A stretch of 64,000 nucleotides of DNA, from the NCBI GenBank assembly GCA_951406725.2, contig OX597830.1, forward strand, positions 70,742,001 through 70,806,000, given 5' to 3'. The stretch comes from Octopus vulgaris. Lineage: Eukaryota. Below are positions 43,341 through 57,899 of this stretch, piece after piece. The notes beneath the pieces were generated by a model, which worked only from the letters and a program-made list of their open reading frames with translations, was not told where the DNA came from and did no database searches. Numbering within the stretch: the stretch's first letter is position 1; each line of letters begins with the position of its first letter. Position numbers and translations under genes: made by a program.

Positions 43341-43613
43341 TGGCGGCCAAAATGTTCAGAACGGCATTGTTTTCGTCAGAAAAGTAGATATAATATTTTA
43401 TCAAAGTTGTTTTATATTCTACAATTTTCACAGACATTAAATACGATATTATTTGTTATTGCCTGAGATTTTGGTGTAATTTGAGATAATACAAAAGTTA
43501 TTAATATTGTATTCATTGTCTGTGAAAATTATAGAATATAAAACTACTTTGATAAAAACTTATACTTACTTTTCTGACGAAAACAATGCCGTTCTGAACA
43601 TTTTGGCCGCAAC

Positions 43614-43615
<2 letters not shown>
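43338..43615. mobile_element. Tc1/mariner-type MITE with ~100-bp TIRs
   Basis: TA-CAGTGGCGGCCAAAATGTTCAGAACGG... / ...CCGTTCTGAACATTTTGGCCGCAACTG-TA. Confidence 0.9.
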
Positions 43616-43675
<60 letters not shown>

Positions 43676-44106
43676 TATATACATACATATACATATATGA
43701 AATACAAAATGGGACAAGAACGCAAAACATCCAGACAGTTAGGTAATACAAAAATGGGATAACAAAACATCCAGATAGACGATACAACGAAAACAAGGAC
43801 AGGTCATTTGGAGTTTTCTTTCTTCAGTCGAGTTCCAGATTATCTTGGCAATATCGGCTGGGTATACTCGAGATTGCTCCAATCTGGCCAGCCCCAATGA
43901 AAAACTAATCTAAGAGCATTAGGTTACTTGGAAGAAAGCAGCGAACCGCACACAGACGCTCTCGTTGGTTCGCATACGTCAATTGCTTGTCGTAGGATAT
44001 AATACCTTGTGTTCTTTCGAGCTCTCTTCTCTGTGTCTTAATTCCAATGAAGTCAACTTAGCCATTCGCAGAATCTTTTAATAATCTCTATTTCCTTCTC
44101 CGCATA

Positions 44107-44224
<118 letters not shown>

Positions 44225-45252
44225 TTTGTGTGTGCATCTTTTCGGATTACTCAGGCACTCAGAGCTAAGAAATCCAGTTTGGCCGTGTAGTTGAATGCTC
44301 ATCGTCTATAGAGATGGAGAACCCACCCCCACTGTTAGAGTGAATGAGTACTAATTGTTCCCTAACCTCTGATTCTCCCCCTCTCTTTCTCACTCTCTCT
44401 CACTCGCACACTCCCCTTCGCTCTTTCTTTGCCCTATATCTGTTTCACTCTTTCTCGCACAACTTCACTCTCACTCTCCCTCTGCCTCCTTCCTTTCTCT
44501 CTTCCTCTCCGTCTCCTCCCTCCCTCCCCTTTTTCTCTCACCGGTTGTTCTTTGCTCTCTCTCTCTCTCTCTCTCTCTATTAATTCGGTCATCAGTTTAG
44601 TTGTGTGGCCTACAACTAAACCAAAAACAACAACAAACAACAACAAACACAACAAACAAACAAAAAACCGGCCAAACATTTAAAAAAAAAAAGAAATAGC
44701 CGTAATAATGAGACAAGAACAGTCACAGATTCTGACACTTCCACAACATTACATATTCACTGCATTTAAATAGAATTCCAAACTGCAGAACAAAGCTTGT
44801 TTCCAAACTAAAGTATTGACTCATTTACATCATCTCTTTTGTCTGGCAGTCGCTCTTGTTTTAGCATGTGATAGTCAAATTTTACCAATATATCCGGGTT
44901 TCTGCGTACTACATATATCGGCTGTTATAGTGACATCTACGGCAACACTGCCATAGTTACACAAATATAAAACGAAGACGCGACGATGCTGGTTATTGTT
45001 CAACGGTGATCATAAAACGAAAAATAATGGTTAATTATATCACATAATATGACCTTTGTGTTATTATTACAGTCATCTAAATTCACGTTTCCTTTTTTTT
45101 TCTTTATTACTATTATATTTTTCGTTTTTTGTAAACGCATTGTAGGCTTGTACATATGCAGGCATGTGTGTGTGTGTCTATATATATATATATATAAATG
45201 TGTGTGTATGGGTATATGTATAGGAATATAGATGTATAGATGAATATGTATG

Positions 45253-45286
<34 letters not shown>

Positions 45287-45849
45287 TGTATGTATGTATG
45301 TATGTATGTATATATTTGCCATAATGACATTGCAAGCAGAAACAAAGAAACAAGACAGAAATTGGAAGAATTCGGTAATATTTGTAAAGAATGATATTTT
45401 TATTTGTTTTTTATTTATTTTTCAGATTTGTAGGAAGAGGGAGTAGGAGAAAAAGTTGGATGTTATCAACTTCATCCTCTCACCATCACCACAACCATCA
45501 CCACCGTAACTACCGTAATCACCACCACCATCACAACCATTACCTTAAGTACAGTACCATTATGGATGAGTATATCTGGTGTGAATCATGATGACAATCA
45601 AAATAAAATAACGGTTTCAAGCTTTGTCACGGGTCGGTAGTTTCTGATTTTTTTTCTTATAAGGCATGACAGACAAAGTCGAGATCGGCAGAATTTGAAC
45701 TCGGAACGTAAAGACAGGCGAAACGCTGCTAAGCAGTTTGCCCTGCATAGTAACAATTCTGTCCACCCGGCGAGTTAAAGATTCTGTCGGCCCCCAAAGG
45801 ATGAAAGGCAAGGTACGTGAATTTGCGTGTATGTTTCTGTGTAATGTAA

Positions 45850-45897
<48 letters not shown>

Positions 45898-46448
45898 GCT
45901 ACTACTACTACGAGTACGAATATAAATGAGTGTGAACGTGGGTCTGTGCAACGAAAGCAAATGAAGTGGATACATCGTCAGAAAGTGACATTTAAAGAGT
46001 TAAATGGCCATATAGAGACAATAAATACGACAACCACATCGAAATAGATGTTTTAAACGCCTGAACGTAATATGTCGTCAGAAATGAATTTAATTCCTTT
46101 AAAATTTAAACGATTTCTTCGGCAATTAAATGCACCGCTTGTTTTTGGTTAACGTCTGTTAAATATTTTACACACGGACACATACACATACACGAATACA
46201 AATACACTCAGAAAGACGCATAAAGAAATACACATCGAATTGTGCATACATAGATACATACACAAAAACACGCATACAAATATAAAAGCATGCATAAATA
46301 CAAATACACACACACAAACATGTCAGCCAGTAAACATGCATACATCTGTTTTATATACAGGAGTATATGCGTGCATGCATATATATATGTATGTATATAC
46401 ATATATGAGTGCTTGTGTATGTATATAAATATATATGCGTGTAAACAC

Positions 46449-46508
<60 letters not shown>

Positions 46509-46547
46509 ATTTATCTATCAATCTATCTATCTATCTATCTATCTATC

Positions 46548-46597
<50 letters not shown>

Positions 46598-46647
46598 CAT
46601 ATATATATGTATGTATGTATGTGTATATATATATATATATATGTATG

Positions 46648-46680
<33 letters not shown>

Positions 46681-46869
46681 CTGTATATGCATACATTTAT
46701 CTTTCTGTGTAAGTCCTGATTTCCATTATACGCTATAATGTTATGTGTGTATTGTTACAGTTTATTGAATTCGCAAAGACATAAAGTCATGACACCGAAT
46801 ACCTGTTAAATAATCTAATGGAGTACTCTCAGCAAATAACTCACGTGAACTGACTTTGCACTAGTTATA

Positions 46870-49495
46870 TATGTGTGTGTGTGTACGTGAATGTAGTTTA
46901 TGCATGTCCACAAATCAGAAGGCATGTCGCTCCAATTTTAGGAGGACATTCATCACAATCCTTGCTGCATTTTCGTCAGATTATTTTTCCCGAGGCCCCC
47001 GCAGGTAGCGGTAAAAATCGATTTTCAACCTTAACTTTTACCAATTTTGTAGTTCTTGCACTTAACTTATTTAACAACATAGAAACAAAGAGGTAGGTAA
47101 CAATTTGTCAGTGTATTACCCAATATAAATGGGTAAAATTTCCGAGGCTCCATCACGCCCCACACCGTTTTTCGGACCACAAAAAGGATTTTGTAGCATA
47201 TTAGGAGGTCAGGATAGTTGATTCCACGCAAAAAATCCGATTTTTTTTTCTTAGTAAAAATCGTGCGAGTGTTATCTAAAAATTTGCCTGGGGTTTTTCA
47301 TGGTAAATTTGAGATTAAAAACAAATGTTTTCCATATTCTTAATCTCCGTATTTTCCCACGTACATTGAAAAATTGACGGTGAAAATATCAATGGGGATG
47401 GGGAGTGAAATTTCCGAGGTTTCCACCCCACCCCACCCCGTTTTTCGGACCACAAAAAGGGTTTTGTAGAATATTAGGAGGTCAGGGTAGTTGATTCCAA
47501 GTAAAAAGATCCGATTTTTTTTTTCTTAGTGAAAATTGTGAAAGTGCTAATCTAAAAATTTAATCTAAAACCTTTTTTCCATTCATATCTGTTTATGAAA
47601 TTCTCTGTACATAATTTTGCTTTCTCGGTGGTCAAGGCAAATGATGACTGGCAAAGCAACAGTGCCCTAATGCTGACATTGGATACAATGACCTGATCTA
47701 CAATAATGCACTGTTTGAAATCGAGGATGCCCTGCTCAAAATGGGTGGGGAAGTGTTGAACACATTCGGTTTGCCATCCTCATTGCGACAGGACGTTAAC
47801 ATACTCCCACCAAAGTTATTTCTGGAGTTGTCGTATGACGCTCATGGCCTTGAGGAGTACCTGACAGTAAATGAACCGAAATTGCTCCCTGATCAGAGGC
47901 TGGTGTACCAAACTGTCGTCAGTGCCGTTGAAAAACAGGCGGGCGGCATATTTTCTTCCTCGATGCTGCTAGGAGTACCGGCAAATCGTTTGTAACACAA
48001 TTAATACTTGCTAAGATTCGTCGCTAGAAACAAATTGCGCTAGCCGTTGCTTCCTCGGGAATCGCTGCTACGTTATTGCCGGGAGGTACGACGGCGCACC
48101 CGGCATTCAAGTTGCCTTTACATTTGGTGAGGGCCGAGGTTCCTACTTGCAACATTGGCTAAAATTCAGAGGAAGCTGAAGTTCTTAGACAGTGTCGTCT
48201 CATTGTATAGAACGAATGCACAATGTCCAATAAGGGTGCTCCTGAGGCACTGGACCGGTCACTGAAAGGTATCAGGGGTTCTACAGCTTCTATGGCTGGT
48301 GTAACTCTATTGCTTTCATGAGATTTCCGGCAAACCCTTCCTGTCATCCCTAAAAGGAGCCGAGCTGGTGAAGTCATCCACGTTGTGGTTCCAGGTTAAG
48401 AGCTTAAGCCTAAGCACAAGCATGCGTGCGCATTTGCTTGGTGATAGCACGTCTGCAGCTTTGCAAAATACATTTTAACCCTTGGAGAAAGAAAGGTCCC
48501 TAGGAATGATAGGGGTGACATATCCATCTCTGAACTGTGCAACACCGTGGACAACCCTTCCGATCTTTTGGAAACAGTGTTCTCCAATCTGGAAAGTAAT
48601 TATGCAGACATCAATTGGCTCAGTGAAAGAACCATCCTGGCACCCCAACACGTAGCTGTCAGTCCTATCAACGACCAGCTCATAAACTTAATTCCGGGTG
48701 AGGAGTGCATCTACAAATCGATTGACCGGACCTCTGATCCCCAAGACATTGTCAATTACTCTATCGAGTTTCTCAACTCATTGGAGCTAGCAGGGCTTCC
48801 ACCTCGCATTCTTAGGCTAAGGATTGGATGTCCAATTATGCTAATCAGAAACTTGCTTCTGCCTAAACAGTGGAATGGCATCCTGACGCTCCACTTGACT
48901 GAGGCCACCATTGTTACAGGGTGCGGGAGGGGTGAACATGCTTTTATTTCAAGGATGCAGCTTTATTCCTTCGGGTCAGACATGCCGTTTAACTTCCGCA
49001 TATCGCAGTTCCCGGGGAGACCATGCTTCGCCATGTCCATCGACAAATCCCAAGGCCAAACACTATCGGCGGCAGGCATCCATTTGGAGTTTTCCATTCA
49101 ATCAGGATAAAAAATTGATAAACCGATTCCTTATAGGACTTCCCACTAAAATTGGCTACACCCCATTTTCAACCATAACTTTTACCAATTTTGACATACT
49201 TTACTCAAACCTGATGTCAGCATTACTTAGGATTCGTGGGATCTTTGAATGCTTTAAGTTCTCAAAAAAAAACAAAAAAAAAACACTATCGATGAATGGA
49301 AATAATCGATAAAGAAATTCCTAATGGTATTTCCCAATCAAATTGCCTGCAACCCATTTTCAGCCAAACGTTTAACAATTTCAACAGATTTCGTTCACAT
49401 ATGATGTCGGTGTCACTTATTTTGGTTTGAAATAAAGCACTTGTTCACTTAATAATCCTAACTTAATCCCGAGCAACGCCGGGCTATACTGCTAG
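46870..49495 (+). mobile_element. Defective Helitron
   Basis: 3' hairpin CCCGAGCAACGCCGGG plus CTAG|T at 49492-49496; internal direct repeats near 47135 and 47407; 5' boundary approximate. Confidence 0.7.
47645..49090 (+). pseudogene. Helitron PIF1-like helicase fragment
   Basis: ALAVASSGIAATLLPGGTTAH, DFRQTLPVIP, WLSERTILAP, EFLNSL..GLPP..LRLRIGCPIMLIRNL, FAMSIDKSQGQTL; many stops. Confidence 0.92.
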
Positions 49496-49516
49496 TATAT
49501 ATATATATATATATTC

Positions 49517-49965
49517 GCAGACATGGCTGTGTGGTGAGAGGTTTGCTTCTCAACTACATGGTTTCCACTTCAATTTCACAGTGTGGTATATAGGCCAAGT
49601 GACTTCCACTATGGCCCAGGGCCGACCAAGTCCTTATGAGTGGATTGCGTTAAACAGGAACTGAAAGAATCCCATCGTGTATGTGTGTGTTTGTGAGTGA
49701 CTGTGTATGTGTGTGTGTGTGTGTGTATGTGTTTGTGCGTGCTTGTGTGCGTGTGTGTCTTTCTGTTTGCATTTGTTCCCCTCTCACTGCTTGAGAACAG
49801 GTGTTGGTTTTTGTACATTTCGGTAACTTAGCAGTTCGATAAAAAAAACCGACAGGATATGTAGCGGGCTTTATAAAATAAATACTGGGTCAATTTGTTC
49901 AACTAAAACCCTTCAACGCGGTTCCCAAGCATGGCCGCGGCCCAACGACCAGAACAAGTAAAAAA
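49517..49965 (+). mobile_element. Diverged family A SINE
   Basis: Head, TG tract and tail recognisable. Confidence 0.75.
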
Positions 49966-50012
49966 TAAATACTTCACAAAGACAAACACACACACACATA
50001 CTTATACCTCTA

Positions 50013-50112
<100 letters not shown>

Positions 50113-50165
50113 GAGAGGTGTATATATATATATATAATATATATACAGAGAGAGTGAAAGAGAGA

Positions 50166-50206
<41 letters not shown>

Positions 50207-50799
50207 AGAGAGAGAGAGAGAGATGAATATATACATATATACACATATCTAGATAGATAGTTTTGCCTGTGTTTGTATGTATATATGTATTATTTTATGT
50301 GTGTATTCAAGAGTGAGCGTATGTACGTGTTACTTCCATAAAGCGACAGAGCCAGAGAGTCGGGGCAGCTGTTGCGCACCTCTCGTCTCCAACAAAATGC
50401 CATTTTATGAGCCAGGACCGTCGGCTCTAATGTCACACTGAAAGTAAAACAATAACAAAAGGCCACAATCCAAATAGCTTCCTTGATAGACAAAGTTTTA
50501 TTGAAGCAGTGATCAGTGACAACTTTCGTATCGTTTTACACTAGAACTTCCAATTAGAGGGAAGAACACCGGAAGTTTCTAGTTTCTGGAAGGGCCTGTC
50601 TGTCTGCCTGTCTGCCTGCCTGCCTGTCTGCCTGTCTGCCTGTCTGTCTGTCTGCCTGTTTGCCTTTTTGACTATCTCGATAAGGGTGTCGGCCTTTCAA
50701 TCTCCGTCGCATTTAGAGTTATACACAGAGAAGTTTCTACATACATATTTGCATGCTTTTTCTTCCCACCTCCCTCATTATCTCTCTATCTGTATATAT

Positions 50800-50870
<71 letters not shown>

Positions 50871-50936
50871 ATAGATCGTTAGAACCTACACGCATTTTTT
50901 TCTCTTCTTGTTTCAATCCTTGTTTTTTTCTGTGTA

Positions 50937-50974
50937 TCTTTCTGTTGAAGAGCGTAGGCTCGAAACGTAAAAGA
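50937..50974 (+). ncRNA. Minimal hammerhead motif (A6U variant)
   Basis: tcttt-CTGTTGA-a-gagc gtag gctc-GAAA-cg-TA-aaaga. Confidence 0.65.
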
Positions 50975-51065
50975 CTTTTTCTATTCCTGAGCGCTATACT
51001 AATACATTTGTTTGTTTGTACTCCACCTGCCTTCGTCTTTTGTTTATTTTTGTAAACGTTCCCTT

Positions 51066-51128
<63 letters not shown>

Positions 51129-51236
51129 CAGATGGATCAATCAATCAATCAATCTATCTATCTATCTATCTATATAATTATGTTTAAAATAATAAGGGTG
51201 AAAAATTGGATATTAGTTTGATTAATATCAATTTCA

Positions 51237-51780
51237 AACCAGGTCAGTAATGCTCGGGCACTGGATGAGAGCATGTAGGACCGTCTCGTCGTCCTTCGTG
51301 CATCTCGGACATGCATCGCTGACGGTACTTCCGTGCTTATAAAGTTTATCTCGACCAGGCAAAGCTCCTCGGTAGCACTGCCAAGACAGAGACTTTTGGA
51401 AATTGTTCATTGGTCCCGGGCCGAAAGTACTCCGGAAAAGCGCGGCTTACTGATTTTCTTCGAAGTTGTAAGTTGGGCGAAATTGAAGGGGTTGAAGACA
51501 AACACTTTTCTCTTTGGCCAACCCTAATCTACTTCTTCAAGTTTTTTCTTGAAAAGGAAAATAAGGGTAGAGAAGGAAGTGTTGTCTTCCAGCAAGTTTG
51601 CTGAAAGGTGGATGAAAGTGGCGAGAATGGTGCGAGTGAACGGGCCTGGACAGAGCATACGTCTGTAGCTGAAAAAAAATGGAAAAGAAAAGAGGCACCT
51701 GCCCTAAAGGTCAGGGTACCCATGGATTTTATGGGTTTTTTTCCATGAGCAGCCCTCGAAAGTCTCCTCCCTGTTGAGGA
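51237..51780. mobile_element. 5'-inverted L1/Tx1-like LINE fragment
   Basis: Minus strand 51434-51237 encodes zf-RVT-like WQCYRGALP.RDKL...CPRC...DETVLHALIQCP; plus strand from 51436 matches the 38.6 kb LINE C-terminus. Confidence 0.8.
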
Positions 51781-51920
51781 TTACTGATTGATTTTTTTGT
51801 TAGTCCTGTTTACACGCAAAACCCTCATAAAACACACACACACACACACGCACACACACACACACACATTCTTTGTTTTGTTCCGTACTATCCATAATGC
51901 TTTTCTAGTGGTTAATAACG

Positions 51921-51957
<37 letters not shown>

Positions 51958-52115
51958 TATCATCATCATTATTATTATTATTATTATTATTGAGAGAGCA
52001 GCGCACATCAAAGTGACGCTAGGACATTATAATAATAATAATAAAAATAAAAATAATAATAATACTAATAATAGTAATAATAATGGTGGTGGTGGTGGTG
52101 GTGGTTGTGGTAGTG

Positions 52116-52172
<57 letters not shown>

Positions 52173-52405
52173 CAGGGTACCAGACTCGGCTGAACAACAG
52201 ACTTCACTTATGAGACTCCTTGAACAGAACCGTCCCCAACAATGACCGACGCCTATTTATTTAGACAGCGGCAGTAAAAACTCATCAAAGACAAAACCCA
52301 GGGTATTTTTTGTTTTCTCTTTTCTTTTATCATTGTTGGCTGCCCAATACTGAAACCCACCCATTTGAACACCCACAACTCACCGACTTTTCCTCTTGTT
52401 TCATT

Positions 52406-52452
<47 letters not shown>

Positions 52453-52541
52453 CTGTATATATATATATATATTGAGAACGCCATGTTGAATCGTTAGCCC
52501 ATACATGCAATATTTTTCTCTCCTTGTTTCTTTTCTGTGTA

Positions 52542-52579
52542 TCTTTCTGTCGAAGAGCGTAGGCTCGAAACGTAAAAGA
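52542..52579 (+). ncRNA. Minimal hammerhead motif (A6U variant)
   Basis: tcttt-CTGTCGA-a-gagc gtag gctc-GAAA-cg-TA-aaaga. Confidence 0.65.
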
Positions 52580-52674
52580 CTTGTTTTATTTCTATTCCTG
52601 AACGCCATACTAATACATCATTTGTTTGTACTCCACCTGCCTTCATCTTTTGTTTATTTTCGTAAACCTTCCCG

Positions 52675-52709
<35 letters not shown>

Positions 52710-52713
<4 letters not shown>

Positions 52714-53423
52714 GCTGTCCGGAAAGTTCGTGCCGATTTTTAAAGGAAAGAAAAAGGTCAATAAATACTTGCCATTACATTTTCATTTTTAATCAACCAA
52801 ATATGAACCATTTTGTTGCACTATGCATCTCCATCTTTCCTTTAACTTGAAAATACCCTCTTCCCAGAATTGAGGTGTTTTCATGGCAAAGAATTCATCA
52901 AGGTATCTTTTTACGTCATCTAAGGAATTGAAATTTTTACAATTAAGACTATTCTGCAGAGACCTGAATAAGAGGAAATCCGAAGGAGCGATATCTGGTG
53001 AATATGTAGGTTGGGGTAACACATCCCAGCCGAGCTGCAGCAATTTTTGTCTGGTTCCCAAAGCATCAAGTGCCGAAAATGAACTTTCTTATCTTTTCTG
53101 TGTATCTTTCTGTCGAAGAGCGTAGGCTCGAAACGTAAAAGACTTGTTTTATTTCTATTCCTGAGCGCCATACTAATACATCATTTGTTTGTACTCGACC
53201 TGCCTTCGTCTTTTGTTTATTTTCATAAACCTTCCCGTATATATATATATATATACAAAATTAACACAGGTTATAGGAACATAAACCTTCTTCCTCGAAA
53301 AGATAGCTTAAACTGTGCTCAAAATGGAGGTGTAGTCAAATCATATTTTATGGACTCAACCATGTTAAAATATAAGTCGAATGGTATGCTACCATAAAAC
53401 GACACGAACTTCAGACAACCCAA
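52710..53423 (-). mobile_element. Second copy of the non-autonomous mariner, interrupted by an insertion
   Basis: Same TIRs and same internal deletion junction as 24565-25133. Confidence 0.9.
53105..53142 (+). ncRNA. Minimal hammerhead motif (A6U variant)
   Basis: Identical to 52542-52579. Confidence 0.65.
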
Positions 53424-53467
53424 TATATTTATACACACACATACACACACACACACATACACACACA

Positions 53468-53531
<64 letters not shown>

Positions 53532-53620
53532 TACATATATATATATATAATGTGACCGCGTGTGTACCGTTGGCGATTTTTTCCTTCGTCTTCCCTTCTT
53601 TGGATCTTTCCTTTTCCTAT

Positions 53621-53655
53621 GTTTCTGACGAAGAGCTCCGCTTGAAACGTTAAAC
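53621..53655 (+). ncRNA. Minimal hammerhead motif with canonical core
   Basis: gttt-CTGACGA-a-gagc tcc gctt-GAAA-cg-TT-aaac, in TA-flanked island 53550-53749. Confidence 0.75.
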
Positions 53656-53786
53656 TCTCCTTCTTTCTTTCCTGAGCGTCCAATAATCCTATACTTGTTC
53701 CACGTCCTCGCGTTGTGTTTTCTCTTTTTGTTTTCATGTTTGGATTAACTATATATATATATATATATATGCATACACACAATATA

Positions 53787-55270
53787 CTAACTGACGTACC
53801 CGGTAATACCCGAGAGCGGGATGTTCCCAATACTCATTACAAGCCTTATTTCTCCCAGACGGAAAATGAAATTAGGACATAGGACAGATAATAGAAGGCG
53901 TAAGCAAAGTCATTCATGAAACAATGATGCAAATAAATACGCGTGGAATCGGAAGAAGACAATCGTTTGGTCAGATGAGTAGGAAGTTGGAAATATATTC
54001 ATCAATGTGGAAGCACTCCGTCGGTTACGACGATGAGGGTTCCGGTTGATCCGAATCAACGGAACAGCCTGCTCGTGAAATTAACGCGTAAGTGGCTGAG
54101 CACTCTACAGACACGTGTACCCTTAACGTAGTTCTCGGGGATATTCAGCGTGACACAGAGAGTGACAAGGCCGGCCCTTTGAAATACAGGTACAACAGAA
54201 ACAGGAAGTAAGAGTGAGAGAAAGTTGTGGTGAAAGAGTACAGCAGGGATCACCACCATCCCTGCCGGAGCCTCGTGGAGCTTTAGGTGTTTTCGCTCAA
54301 TAAACACTCACAACACCCGGTCTGGGAATCGAAACCGCGATCTTACGACCGCGAGTCAGCTGCCCTAACCACTGGGCCATTGCGCCTCCATTAATCAATA
54401 GAGACATCAAGAAAGGAATTGTAAAGGAGTGCTATGAAAGGAAAAGAACAGAAATACTTGAAAAGTAAACAGAAAATTTACTTAGAGAAAATAGATTTTA
54501 TAGTTACAAAAACAGCTGGGGTGCAGAGGAGATACTATGAGGAGTAAAAAAAAAGCATTAAAAAATTACGATTTTCGTCAATTTTGGGCAAATTCTCTTG
54601 CAACCCGAGAGAAAATGTGAAGAGCACATGCACTTAATTTGACTGTGCTTCATGGGTATAGTTCCACTGATCGTGAGAATCAAATATCGATTGCAACGGT
54701 TAGAACCGACAATTTTAAATGCAGGTGTTACGAAAGTACATGTTACTTGTTTTAGCACACAACGCTGCAATGTTTAGAATCGGTAATTTTAAATGCAGAT
54801 GTTGAGAAAATACACATTTCTGCAACGTGAAAACGCTCAAATAATTCATGAACATTTTAAGTCTGCAACAATTTTGGCTGAATTTCGTTAATCAGTTAAT
54901 TAAAAATCAACTTACACTTTGCTTCAATGGCCTAATTATTTCTCTCAACCCATCTTTTACGCATATTCCATATGTGAATAAAATTTCAAGAAAATCGGTT
55001 GAAAACTTTGAAACTTATGGCAGAAAATAACATTCATATGGGAATTTGCATTGAAATGTCCTATTGATTTTTGAAAAATCGATGCTGATTAAAAATTATC
55101 GATTTTTATGAAATTTCCAATTTCTTAAGTGACCAAACACACACACACACACGTGTCGCGTTTCATCAAGATCGGTTGGAAAGACTCGGAGGATTAAAAG
55201 TAACAAATTCACGAGTACACACACACAGAGCCACAAAAGACAGAAATTGCCATGAATGTATATATATAAA
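53787..55270 (-). mobile_element. Probable non-autonomous Helitron
   Basis: Minus-strand 3' end CGGGTATTACCGGGTACGTCAGTTAG; motif TTTCATCAAGATCGGTTG near 55161 resembles the 63.2 kb element. Confidence 0.45.
54009..54390 (-). mobile_element. Family B SINE, tail type 3
   Basis: Near-identical to 12305-12684. Confidence 0.9.
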
Positions 55271-55316
55271 TTTTTACATACGGGCATATATATATATGTA
55301 TATATATACATACATG

Positions 55317-55393
<77 letters not shown>

Positions 55394-55412
55394 ATATGTA
55401 TGTATACATATA

Positions 55413-55467
<55 letters not shown>

Positions 55468-56049
55468 TATATATATGTATACATACATATATACATGTCT
55501 GTGTATGTGTATGTATAAAAGGATTTTTACAATTCTATTGTTTTTACAATTCTCTTGTTAATACACACGCGCACACGCATACATGCATATACATACAGAC
55601 ACACACACACATAAGCCTCCCCCCCCATACATGCATACACACACACACACACACGCACGCATACATTTCAATGAAGGAAACTAGCAGCATTGACATTAAG
55701 CGGATTAACAATAGAATTGTAAAAATCCTTATCGTCTTTATCTCTGTATTTAGAATCAGAAAACAACTGCTATTCAAGCTTTTAGATGTAACATCAAATG
55801 TGAAAATATCACCATATCATCGATGAATTATTGAATCTAAAAGATTCAAAGCGGTCAAATGTCAACATAAAAAAAAAAAACAACAAAAAAAGATGTAGAA
55901 CAATTGAACAATTGAACAAGTGATAGATATCAATAGCCGGAAGGGTAGATATATTGATATATATTCGTGCGATTGCGCACGCGTGTATGCGTATACATAC
56001 GCTTATGTGTATGTACATAAGTATATGTGTGTCTATGTGTGTGTATGTA

Positions 56050-56530
<481 letters not shown>

Positions 56531-56972
56531 TTTGGCCATGGTCCAGTATTTTTTTCTCTGCTTCTTTGTTCTTTGCACACAGAATGATACACACACACAC
56601 ACACACACATGTACACACACGATGTAAACACACACATGTACAGACACACACATGTACACACACGCATGTACACACGTGTACTATTCACACACAAACCTAT
56701 GTATACACATATATATGCAATACACAAATACGTACTCAAATATATATAGTTATGTGTGTGTGTGTGTCTGTGTGTGTGTGTGTGTGTGTGCAGTTGTGTG
56801 TGTAGTTGTGCATGCACATATTTATGTGTATGTAGATGTTTTATTGTATCCTACATATCTACATACCTATATATGTGTATACTTGCATGCTAGTTCTCAA
56901 AGATGCTTATATACACACTCATCTATCTACCAATCTATCTATCTATATCTATAGATATGCGTATGTATATAA

Positions 56973-57009
<37 letters not shown>

Positions 57010-57065
57010 TCTCTTTTTTTCTCTCTCTAACTCTCTCTGTCTCTCTCTCTCTCTCTATATATATA

Positions 57066-57124
<59 letters not shown>

Positions 57125-57476
57125 TATATATATATCTCATATATATCATATAATGTAATATAATATAATATAATATAAATAAAAATCCATTACTAATAAT
57201 TATACATTTAATATCCGACGAGTTTAATATTTTAATATAATCGAATTATCGTTAGTCATTTCTAAATCTGACGAGTTAAGAGCAAAGAAAGATTGTGGGT
57301 GATCGATTTTTTTTCGATTGTGGTATTTATAATTTTTTTTCTTCTCTGGTTTTGGTTTCCTTATTTATGTTTTCATAATTGCAATTTTCTGGGGGTAAAA
57401 TTACACATACGCATACACACATATACATTTATACATATACATATATATATTCACACATACATATATGTATACATAC

Positions 57477-57517
<41 letters not shown>

Positions 57518-57576
57518 AATATATATATACATATTCATAAATATATATATATACATATATATATATATATGTATAT

Positions 57577-57633
<57 letters not shown>

Positions 57634-57643
57634 GCATACACAC

Positions 57644-57711
<68 letters not shown>

Positions 57712-57843
57712 GTATGTGTAGATATATGCTTGATTGAGATCTTGAAAGCAGAGCAAATGTACATAGGATTGCATTTGTGTCATTTTGCTATTTATCTAAT
57801 TATATATTATTTAAAATGGGATTTAATACCGATTTACATCTTG

Positions 57844-57899
<56 letters not shown>

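Noticed and set aside
43570-43603. CTGACGA...GAAC hammerhead-like string
   Set aside because: Lies within a MITE TIR; lacks GAAA and proper stems
57268-57295. CTGACGAGTT...GAAAG possible hammerhead
   Set aside because: Stem II not adjacent to GAAA; no stem I or III
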